Positions 53,045-63,313 of a stretch of 64,000 nt of DNA are shown one piece after another (the first letter of the stretch is position 1; the number at the start of each line of letters is the position of its first letter). A program made the position numbers and the translations under genes. The notes under the pieces are model-generated. The model did not search any database. It was not told the DNA's origin and saw only the letters and a list, made by a program, of their open reading frames with translations. Source of the DNA: Sarea resinae (Eukaryota); assembly GCA_026026165.1 (NCBI GenBank), contig JAPEUD010000009.1, forward strand, positions 62,001 to 126,000, read 5' to 3'.

Positions 53045-54592
53045 ATGGCTCCTCATACCTGGGGCTTGACTCTCCAGCAGAAGAAGATCCTGTGCAACTA
53101 CGCCGAGCAGAATCCTGGCAAGACCCAGGCTCACTATGCCGACTGGGCCCGTGAGACCTTTCGCATTCCTTATCCACCGAGTCAGTCGACCATCAGCCGC
53201 ATCATCAAACGTCGAAGTGACTACGCGGCGCTTGCGAGCAACGGCCGTGGCCTGAAGCGACAGAGGGCTCCAAACCATCCCGAGCTCGAAAATGCCTTGG
53301 CCAATTGGGTCTTCCAAGGCCAGGATCAACGCATCGCCCTATCCGGTGACATTGTCAAGGCCAAGGCCGCCGTGTTTGCTGAGAAGTTAGGGATCGTCGA
53401 TCCGCCGGCCTTCAGCACGGGCTGGCTGGGGGGCTTCAAGGCGCGATATAATTTCCACAGATTCAAGGTCGAACGTGAGAGAGGCTCCGAAGCCCCTCTC
53501 TCGGACGACGAGTTGAACCAAATAAGGCGGACGATCGAGCGATATCCCCTGGGCGATCGCTATAGCCTTCATCAGACTGGCCTCTTCTATTCTCTCGCTC
53601 CCGACAAGAACATTGCCCAGAGCCAAATCGAAAACGTTGGAAAGTCCAAGGCGCGACTCAATTGCGTGTTGATGTGCAATCAGACGGGTACATATCGGGA
53701 CTTGATGATCATTGGCCACGCCCGGCAACCGCGATGCTTCAAGGACAAGAAAGGATCTGACTATGGTTTCTACTACCGCAGCAACAAAAAGGCTTGGCTA
53801 ACGAGCTTGCTATTCCAGGAATACGTCAGAAAGCTAGATGCCGCAGTAGATCACAACGTCTTACTTCTAGTAGATGGAGGACTATACGGATTGGGTGACT
53901 GGGAGCCTGAACATGTCAAGATATTATATCTTGCCCGAAATACTACCACGAACTTTCAGCCTTTCAATGCGGGAATCTTCCAGAACTTCAAGGCCTACTA
54001 CCGCAAGAGGCAGTTAGAATACGCAGTTGAGGCAGAGCTAGATGGGCTGGATCCCTACTACGTTAATCAACTTACTGCGATGCAGTGGATACGGGCGGCT
54101 TGGGACTCTGTTTTGCCGCATACTATTGAGAATTGCTGGAGGCGTACCGGATTGATCAGGGAGCAACCAAGAGCCAACCCACAGGAGCGCGAGACTTTCT
54201 ACGAAGTGGGATTCCAGATTGGCCGTCTCAACATCCCCAGGGCTACACCAATATTCAACTTCTTAAACCCTATTGAGGAGCAGCATATCTATCCACAGCC
54301 TCTCACCGATGAACAGTTGATTGAGGCTGCGATTGAGCAAGATCATGACGATGATCAAGACCAAGCAGAGCGGATGCTGCCAGCAGCAGCCCTCCCGCTT
54401 AACGAACGGATGGCTGCGGTTCGCTGGACACTCAGGGCACTGGATACAGCTGAGGGGTACGAGGGCACAGCTGAGGGTGTTCGCAAGTTCTATAGGGGAT
54501 TGGTGGAGCAGGCAGAACGAGAACGATCCGACAGCTTATTGCAGCGTCAGACTTTGAGTCAAGCAGCGGTCGCCAATCATCCTGCCTCATGA
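53045..54592 (+). CDS. Pogo/Tigger transposase-derived CENP-B-like protein (Abp1/Pdc2-type HTH + CENP-B HTH + degenerate DDE_1), 515 aa, probably domesticated
   Basis: LTLQQKKILC...PSQSTISRIIK (first HTH), HPELENALANW...FSTGWLGGFKARY (second HTH), SNKKAWLT, LLLVD, QPFNAGIFQNFKAYYR, AMQWIRAAW and TIENCWRRTG. Single intact intronless ORF; no TIR seen. Confidence 0.88.
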   Translation: MAPHTWGLTLQQKKILCNYAEQNPGKTQAHYADWARETFRIPYPPSQSTISRIIKRRSDYAALASNGRGLKRQRAPNHPELENALANWVFQGQDQRIALSGDIVKAKAAVFAEKLGIVDPPAFSTGWLGGFKARYNFHRFKVERERGSEAPLSDDELNQIRRTIERYPLGDRYSLHQTGLFYSLAPDKNIAQSQIENVGKSKARLNCVLMCNQTGTYRDLMIIGHARQPRCFKDKKGSDYGFYYRSNKKAWLTSLLFQEYVRKLDAAVDHNVLLLVDGGLYGLGDWEPEHVKILYLARNTTTNFQPFNAGIFQNFKAYYRKRQLEYAVEAELDGLDPYYVNQLTAMQWIRAAWDSVLPHTIENCWRRTGLIREQPRANPQERETFYEVGFQIGRLNIPRATPIFNFLNPIEEQHIYPQPLTDEQLIEAAIEQDHDDDQDQAERMLPAAALPLNERMAAVRWTLRALDTAEGYEGTAEGVRKFYRGLVEQAERERSDSLLQRQTLSQAAVANHPAS

Positions 54593-55567
54593 CTGGCAAT
54601 TGTTCACCAGCACAGGACCATGTGGTATGACGTGGGAATAATACTAGATGCATTCAGCTTATTTGCGCGCCACCCTTCTCTGTGACACTGCCCTTCTTGC
54701 CTTTCGCTTGCCTTCTCAATGCTGAGTCGCCCTCGAACGATCCATCGTCTTGTGCGTTGAACATTGATGTCGGCCTCTATAGTTACGCTACAACCGAGTC
54801 GAAAGCAAAATCAATTCACAGAATGCAAAGCATCTTTTCGTATGGTTCGTTTGATTTGTGTCAGCTTGCTCATTTCGACTGGGGAACGGCATGCTCGATG
54901 TGTCGGACTTTACAGGGTCGCCATCACCACCTTTGGCTTTGGCAGATATAATAGTACGCAGTATACCTCCGCATTTCAAGATGCATCCATTGTACAAAGT
55001 ATGGATGTCTCTTTCGTACGCGTGAACCAAACGCTTCCAAAGCTCGAGATCCAAGCACCGATATGAGCATCCATCTTCCAACATCTCTTCACGGCGCATG
55101 CTGTCAATTTTACCCGTCAGCATTGATTGCTCCCCCGAGCCTCGTTTGCAGACTGGATTCCAGAGTGATTTGACAATGATGTTCGATGTCCAACAGTGTG
55201 GCGTCTTAGGCGTCCAGCAAGCGACGACCTCGTTGATCCTCATCCTCGACAAGGCTAACGATGCAAGCCTCGCAGCAGCCTAGAGCATCCTACCTTAGGT
55301 AGACAGCAGGATCATTTTGCCGACGTATCTAGAGCTGATCCAGGATGAGGTCTTCCATCATGTGCGATTCCTTCGATCATCATGAATCCTTCCAGACCTC
55401 TAAGATCCGATTGATCTGACAAGTAGCAAAGATCTCTTGGGACTTCGCTGATATTCTTAGCCATTTTGATATCTGGAATTGATCAGGGAAGACATACAGG
55501 AAAGTCTATCTAGCAAAGTCAAAATCCCTAGAGGCTCCTCTCCGGTGACAGCACTGAACAGGTCCAG

Positions 55568-58500
55568 ATGGCTGGCCAAAACAATTCAGTGGGAAAGGCG
55601 AATATGATCATGGCTTCCAACGCGCCCGATGAGCAGTTTCGCAGTATCTGGCAAGATGCTGAGAAATCCTATGAAGAAGAGACCGGTGTCCTGCTGGCTG
55701 GTATGAAATCACCAGGGTCCGCCCAAGAACTCCAAGATCAGATCACAAGCAGGCATAAAGACTTTGCAGATGGCAGAGGAAAGGGAGACAAAATACTTCA
55801 CTGGATACGCGTATCTCTCCAGCCTATCCAGGCATTGGGAGCAATAGCTGCCGGTGCAGCTTCATCGGTGAGAATCACTATCGAGTTGAGCCATTATTGG
55901 ACTGCAGCTCATGCCCTGGCAGGTATTCCCCCCTTCGAACACGATTTTTGGAGCTGTAAGTTACCTGATCAGTGCCGCAGACGGGGTTTCCGCCGGATAT
56001 GACGCCATCTTGGACCTTTTCACACAGCTTGAATCCTTCTTGACACGCTTGAAGATCTACACGAACGCTGAGCCTTCTCCAGATCTCCGAGTGCTCTTAA
56101 CGAAAATTCTTCGGACGCTATTAGTAGTCATTGGACTTCAAACAAAGATCGTCCGCAAGATGGCAGCAAATCGGTTCAAATCATACTTTAAGGAGGTTGC
56201 TACTGGGGTCGGCGGCAGTCACAAGAAAATCCAAGCAGAGCTAGTCAATCTAAACGCTTTAATGTCTGAGGAAGGCAAATTGGTCGGCGGCCTTACTTAT
56301 GGTACCGTCATCACAGTCGACAGTAAGCTCGACAGCCAGACACAAAAACTGGACAGCATGAAGTTGAGTCTGGAAACGACTATAGCGACTCTAAACAGTA
56401 AGTTATATTTACCATCAATCTATATATTTCCAACTAAAGTGTCTATCGCTTCAGAGACCAAAGATGATCCGAAGCGAGAGCGCGAGCAGAAGCTAAAGAA
56501 GACTTTGAAGCCTAGCTTCACCGTCATTGAAATGCTTGACAAGCGATGCAGAGAGAGACTTTCCGGCACGTGCGAATGGATCAAACAAAGGGTTAAGTTT
56601 AGGGCGTGGTTGGAAGGGCACATGCCTATTCTATGGATTTCTGGCAAGGGCGGGATCGGAAAGACCTTTCTGAGCACCAAGATCATCGAAGACTTACTCC
56701 ACGATTACCCGCAAGGAGTCCAAGGATCGTCTAGGGTCTCTGTGGCATACTACTTTTTCGAGGATGACCCCCATATCACTACGATGCTGAGGACCATGGC
56801 GTTCTTGGTAGCAAAGAACGATCCCATTTATGCCAAGCATATTTTAGACACAGAAGATCTGGAGGACACTAGCTTGATCCGTCCCCTTTGGAGGAACCTT
56901 TTTGAGGAACCTTTTGGGCAGCAACCTGGCGAGAATTCTGCAATCTTGATCATCGATGGACTTGACGACGATGCCAAAAAGGGCTTGGCGGATTTTCTGG
57001 AATTGATCAAGGACTACCAGACTTATGTAGGCTCTGAAAGAGCCCTGCGTCTTCAATTGTTGTTCGTCGGGCGATCCGAAGGAAATCTAACAACGGCCAT
57101 GGAAGACGTAGAGTTAGAAATTCCCACGATTGGCTTGTCTGCAGAGGATAATCGAGACGACATCGACGACTACATCGCCTTCAAGCTCAAAAAAGCGAAG
57201 AATTTGAGGAAGGAACAAGATCGACAACATATCATCGAAACTATTCGAGCAAATGCCGATGGTATGTTCCGCTATGTCAGCCTTACTATCAAAGAGATCA
57301 CACACAAACGCATGGTTCATGAGATGCTGGAGACGTTGAAACTGTTGCCCAAAGGCCTAGATGAGGCTCTGCATCATATTCTTGAGAAATTTTCGGCCAT
57401 GGACGAACTCGAAATTCGCGATCTCAACACTTTTCTCGAGTGGACCGCGTGTTCTCAGGAGGAAGTTTCCGTCCGCAATCTAGATTCCATTATAAAATAT
57501 GAGACAGGTGACGAAGACGGTTACGCTTATCTGGAGCATGACTTGCGAAAAAAGTTTGCCTCGCTATTCACGCTTCGGGGAGGTGAGAATGCACTCGACG
57601 AGGACGTAGTTGATTCGAGTTCCTCCTCTGAGACAGATGGAGCAGAAGATGATGAAGGATTAGACGTTCTCCAGAGAAACAACCAGAAAGTAGAGTTTGA
57701 AGCAAGTCTTAAAGGGGAAGATGCTCCTGAAGGGGAGCCTGAAGAGAATGATAGCGCGTTGATCATTGTCAAGCTTGATCACAGTATGAAGGAATACTTC
57801 GAAAAACATGGCAAGGGTGACACAAATATCGGCGTCTGCATGAAAGCATCCCATCTGAAGATAGCGCGAGAATGTATGGCACTCATATGCGATGACTGGG
57901 AGCAATGGGCCGAGGATTGGCTTGGGCGGTATGCCTGTGGTCATTTCTATACTCACCTGACCGAGATCGATCCAAACTCTACCACATCGAAGGATAAGGA
58001 GGCAATCTCAGGCTACTTGATTCGATTATTTCGACATCCGGAAGTCATTGCCAGATGGGTTTCCAAAGCCGGCCCACTCGAATTTCTAGCTAATGAATGG
58101 CTGGTAAATGAAGCTCCGCAAAGCATAATCTACAAGTGGCTTATGGAACCTGGTGATTGGCGTCCAGACAATCCTGATGATCAAGTTTGGCTTGCTCAGC
58201 TTTCAAAAGATCCTGTTGCCTTTGCAGGAGTATTACTCAGACCACTGGCTCTGGAAATTGCGAGGCTATGGTTGAAAACAGACGAAGTGGTTGCTGCTGA
58301 AGGTTTCGCATTTGTACATGCGTACCTTGAAATGGTAAGCATCATTCTTATGCTCGTCAATGCTCCTGGCGCAGTAAGAGGCACCGTGCCGGAAATAGAA
58401 GAGACCATCGAGCTTCTAAGTGGTCAAATAGACCAGTGTTCTCGGCGAACAATTTCCGCTGAATTGTAGCCCGATGAGCCTGAATTCACAGCTGATTGTT

Positions 58501-60394
58501 CTGCGATGTGTTAGGTTAACCGCTCCCCTGGATCAGCCAGGCTGAATAAACTTCCCGACCTTCGGGCAATTGACGAAGAGTGCATTTTGGAGTCAGCAAA
58601 GTGGTCAGGCTTTGAAGAGGATGTTGTCTGGACTTGCCGTGTTGCTCAGGCAAGTTTCAACGACCACTTTCTCGCCCTCGTGTTTGTTCTAATTTGAAAA
58701 AGGTCTTCCGAGATACCGACCAAACCGATTTGGCCATTGATTGTTTTAACAGAGTCCTCAAACAGGATCCCTTACCAGGAACTGCAATTGCATATTTTGG
58801 ATTAGCAAAGACTTTCATCTTTCGCAAGGACTACACCGAAGCAATAAACTGCTTGAAGAAGGCCCAAGATCTACTCCCGAAAGACGATATCATCGAAAAT
58901 TGTGGTGCATACAGCCTAAGAGCGTATTGCCATCGAGAGCTAGGACAGGATGATTTAGCTATTGAAAACATGCATAACGAGTTAGGACTTTGGACCGGGG
59001 CGGTTGATATAGTCGAGGGCCTCTTTAGCTTCCTTTTGTTTCTAGATCAAAAGCGGAGGTATAAGGAGATGATCGCACTTTTCAAAGAATTTCACGGCGA
59101 AGCACTTCCCGATGGCAATAGCAAGCTCATTGACAGCATACTGTTTGCTTGCAAGGAATGGGGGGAAGACAATCTCTTGCCTCGATTGCGCGCGGCCGCA
59201 CAAAAAGAAGGGCAGCTCGGCTTTGCCCTCAAGATCCAGAAGGCTTCTATCCGGGCTGCAAAGCTGAAGCGTATCAAGGGTCCGGTGGCACAGCTTCGAA
59301 ATTCTTTAGCCATGTTCTACTATCGGTTCATCAATGAAGAAGAGAAAGCCATCAAGCTGTGGAGACGCGTAATGGAAGACCCGGCCGTGATCTGTCCGAC
59401 TTCGCGATGGCACCACCTTAGAGGTGAGGCTGCCCAGAACCTGGCGTTGCATTACTTCACCAAAGCACTTGTTGCCAAGAAGGCAGACGAAAGTTCAACT
59501 GCGTTCGTTGAAGCGCTAGAGCATCTCTGCACGCAAAATTCGGGCGGTCGCTTGCGCCTTGACGACTGTTTCAGCACGAAAGATACTACTCTCTTCTTAA
59601 GTGCCTGGTATCGACTTGACGGACAAACAGAAAAAGCCAGAGCATGCGTCAAAGAGCACATTGTGCTTGCCCTCGATTTGCTGACCGATGATGACGATAC
59701 TAATGATATTGACGGGTTCCGAAGACTGGGTATGAATCTGCTAAAGGCACATGATGAAGAGAATGTGAAACGTGCTTTCTCGATGATACAGCAACACACT
59801 CGAGCTCGATGGATCGAGGGAGCAAAGAGAGCAGCAAAGGCGAAAGTTGATATCCTCGCATGTCAGGACGAAAAGACCACACCGAGTCAAACACAGACTA
59901 GCACCATGGAGACTAGCAGCCAACCAAGTATCTCCGGGAATGGCGAAGAAAACCCAAGGAACGACAGCAATGTTCAAGAAGGAGACACCACGATGCCAAG
60001 CCTCATATCCAATGCCGAGATTTGGCTCTCGAGCTGCTCCTCTAACCCGCCACAACCATACTCGCAATCCTCCCTCTCTGACTTTTTGGGACGTGATGAA
60101 TTGCCGTCTTGCAACGGCGGCTGCAAAGATTCTGTGCTCGCATACGACTCCAACCACAACTTCTGCCGCTACTGTCTCGACGTCGACTTCTGCAACTCGT
60201 GCGCGCGGCGGTTGAAGGCCGGAGAAGTCGGTTTCGGGTGTTGTGACAAGGAGCACGAGATGTATAACGTGGGCGATCTGATCGAGGAAGAAGGGGTCGG
60301 GAAGGGCATGGTCAAGCTGGGCAAGGCAGATGGGGAGAAGATTGTACCGTGGCCTGAGTGGATCAAGTTGTTGAAGAAGGAGTGGACGAAGTGA
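55568..60394 (+). CDS. Fungal NLR-like STAND protein: Goodbye-like N-terminus, NACHT, TPR-like repeats, C-terminal ZZ-like zinc finger
   Basis: FRSIWQDAEKSYEEETG and VFPPSNTIFGAVSYLI (Goodbye-like), GTCEWI, Walker A WISGKGGIGKT, Walker B ILIIDGLDD, ADGMFRYV, LPKGLDE, TPR-like AYFGLAKTF..YTEAINCLKKA, and CNGGC..CRYCLDVDFCNSC..CCDKEH. Introns 55868-55922, probably 56398-56454, 58335-58514 and 58650-58702 (GC-AG). Confidence 0.88.
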
Positions 60395-60894
60395 ACGGAA
60401 AGGTGAGCGAGTGAGCGTTTTAAGTCGAGGGGATTCCGTATCAAGGGGACTCCCGAGTACATGTCGAACTCTGTGAATCAAAAGGAAGCGCGCGCTCCCT
60501 TCAGGAGCCTTCGTCTATTCGAGTAATTTGTACGTATTGGATTTCGAAAATACACTACGTTCTGTTCAAGACGCAATTACTATCTCGTATCTACCCTGGT
60601 CTTCCGCATAGATACGCCATCCATACGCCTAGAGCATTTAGCTACCTGCATACCTCATCCATCTATCCATCAAGAGTGAGGAACAGCGAATCCAGAATCG
60701 TAAAAGTACAGACCGATGATTCCCAAGGAACCATATCGCGCCTTGTCTCGCTCGCACAATCAACGCCTCCTCAGTCGGGCTGTAAACACTGGTTTTGTAG
60801 CCCGAAAATTGTGGCCGTGAATTAGAGGGTTTTTTCTTGAATTTTTTTTTTTGGAGGGGGGGGGGGTTAGGTTTAATTAGGGATAGGATAGATA

Positions 60895-60912
60895 TAGTAG
60901 TAGTAGTAGTAG

Positions 60913-60953
<41 letters not shown>
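60895..60953. repeat. (TAG)6(TTG)13 compound trinucleotide microsatellite
   Basis: Read directly; lies between the convergent NLR and UTR4 genes. Confidence 0.9.
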
Positions 60954-61618
60954 CTGCCTGTTTTTATTTGGGTTATGTGATTGGATTAAGTAGATTGACT
61001 AGAATTCGGTGGATTTTGTTTTTTTTGTCTTATTGTTTTGCTCTTGATTTGCTTTTTATTCCCTTTCTCTCTTTTTATTCGTTTTCTTTATCTCTTAGGG
61101 AAGGTGGTGGGATTAGACGGGATAGGGGATACAGGACAAGAGTCAGGTAAAGCAAGGAAGATACCAGATACTAGACACCTTTCTATCTATCTTATCTACA
61201 TACACTAACGTATTCTGTTCTATAGTAGAACTTAATAATTACTTATCTACCTTACCTATGAATGAAGAAAGAGTGTAAAGGCTTCTCTGGGTTTCTAGTT
61301 CTCTGGTTCTTGGCTTCTTGGCCTGGCCTAGTGCTCTGCTATGAACTGAACTGAACTGAATTCAATCAACAGAGCGAGTTTAGTTATTTACAGGTGTGTA
61401 GGGCTTGAAAGTAGGAGATGTGGAGGGGGAACGGGCTTTTTTTCTGATTATATTTACTCTGGTTTACTCTGGTGGCCTAGGGAGGTAATACGTGCCCGCG
61501 CTCTTTTGGCTTCCAGTTCCTATGTCTCCGATCATGTTTGGGATGAGGTCAATTTCAACCAAACCCTCCAGGCCCCTTTTCGAAGCGGCTGTCCTGTCCT
61601 TCAAAACCCTCATGCCCC

Positions 61619-63313
61619 TCATGACCCTCCCCTCAGCACAACCTCATCCAAACTCCTCACAGCGCCCACGCTCTCCCTCTCCTCGTGCCCGTTCCACACC
61701 ACAGCGGCGTTCCCCTCGCGCACGACGACAGTGGCCAGCCAGCCAGCCGCGCGCGCAGCCCGCACCTCGTGGATGCTATCGCTGAGGAAGAGCAGCTGGT
61801 GCGGCGGGCGGGCCAGGGCGTCGGCGATGCGGAGGTAGGACTCGGGCGCGGTTTTGGGGCCGGCGGTCGTGGTGTCGAAGTAGTGGGTTAGGAGGGGGGT
61901 TAGGTCTGCTGATGGTGCTGCTTTTGTTGGGGAGGGAGCGGTGGAGGTAGAAGTGGAGGTGGAGGTCGAGGCGTGCGAGAAGAGGAGTTTTTGCGCGGCG
62001 ATCGAGCCCGAGGAGTAGATTGCTAGGGTTAGCTCGTGGGGTGCTTGGGTCCACCGGTGTAGTGCGGGTGCGACGTCCGCGTAAAAGGGCGTCGTGACGG
62101 CGCCTGAAGCATAGAGCGTTTGGAAGAGGAAGCCTGGAAAGGGGGCGTTAGTCGCTCTCCGTGCAGCGTTCGGGTGGGTGGAGCCAAGGGAGAGAGGAGA
62201 AGCGGCTAGGGAAAAGGAAGCGATGATGAGGGAAAATTAAGTAGAATTGATATCCCGTTCAAAGGAAACAAACGAACGGCAGGACGTGAGATTTGGAGAG
62301 ATAGGAAACGTAAAGGGAGAGAGCTAAACTTACCCTGCAACCCCTTCAGATAGGCAACCTTTACATCCCGCGCCGTGAGATCCTGGACGTGCTGCTCGAA
62401 CGCCTCGCGCGACTGGCGGGCTTCTTCTGGAAAGGCATTTTTGTAGGGTGTAAAGTCGGCGTCATCCCATTTCTCGGCCAGGACTGTAGGCAGGGTTTGG
62501 AGGGAGTAAGGGAACTGGTGGGTTGGTCGCTGTTAGTGGGAGGGAGATGTGAAATAGATGGATTGAAGGGGGCTATGGGGACGAGGGGATATTGTGCGAA
62601 AGGCATAGTGGTTGAGATGGGATCCGAGGACAGTCGACACCAGGTGGTCAGACGGGTTCAAGGGGCGTGAGGAAGAATGAAAGAGGCTGTGATCTCGAGA
62701 GACAATCCAGCAAACTATAATGCCAACAAAAGCTCAACGCAGATGCGGAGATAGGATCGGATCGCACAACCAAAATCGAAGAGGACTATTCTACAGAATG
62801 ATATTGTCTCTTACCAGCACGTCCTTGACAAACGAGATTGGACACACAGTGCCCTCTAGAGTATCAAATCATTCTAATCAGCAAACTTGGCCCTAAAACA
62901 ATCTCAAAATGGACAGCGAGAAACGGATCAGAGCCAGAAGAGAAAATGCTGTAAGAATATAATGCAGGGTCATATCCATTTCCACATCCACATCCACGAA
63001 AGTTCAACACCTAGCAAAATAAAACAGAAACCGCTACAGCCACATATACGCAATATCCACTTGAATGCCCTGGGGCCTCGCCTTCGAGACAGTCGACCGA
63101 GTCTAGACCAGCAAGAAGACCAGCCCAAAGCAGACACATCTGCAGGCATACACATAGACACGAAAGGAAAAACATGCATGGCCAGCCCCTCTAATCAGAA
63201 GACAAGCCACGGGAGAGGCGCAAAGCTTGCTCGCTCGCTACAGGCGCGTTGCTGTATGCACTAGACGTACCAATATCCAAGACCACCGCTTTGACTCCCG
63301 AAAACGAAGGCAT
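61619..63313 (-). CDS. UTR4: Enolase-phosphatase E1 (HAD family, methionine salvage), 259 aa, 4 exons
   Basis: Exons 63313-63271, 62855-62815, 62514-62334 and 62133-61619 splice in frame: VVLDIEGTVCPISFVKDVLFPY, DVKVAYLKGLQG, IYSSGSIAAQKLLF, YFDTTTAGPK, LFLSD and VVREGNA. Not present in the ORF track. Confidence 0.93.

Noticed and set aside
52860..54700. Active TIR transposon around the pogo-like ORF
   Set aside because: No matching terminal inverted repeats or TA duplication found by eye. The palindrome CTACTGCGCAGTAG near 52965 has no 3' partner, and the catalytic residues are degenerate.
54788..55252. 154-aa minus-strand ORF as an NLR partner or amyloid effector
   Set aside because: Non-ATG start, no HeLo, gasdermin or amyloid-like motif recognised, and no convincing gene structure.
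1550..60481. Numerous antisense and alternate-frame ORFs overlapping the called genes
   Set aside because: Shadow ORFs expected in GC-rich coding sequence, with no independent motifs.
60860..60885. Telomere-like GGTTAG / TTAGGG words
   Set aside because: Isolated copies in low-complexity DNA with no tandem array. Similar words near 61886-61905 lie inside UTR4 coding sequence.
62515..63270. TPP riboswitch in the long UTR4 introns
   Set aside because: The conserved aptamer segments (CUGAGA and the UUGAU...UAAU region) were not found.
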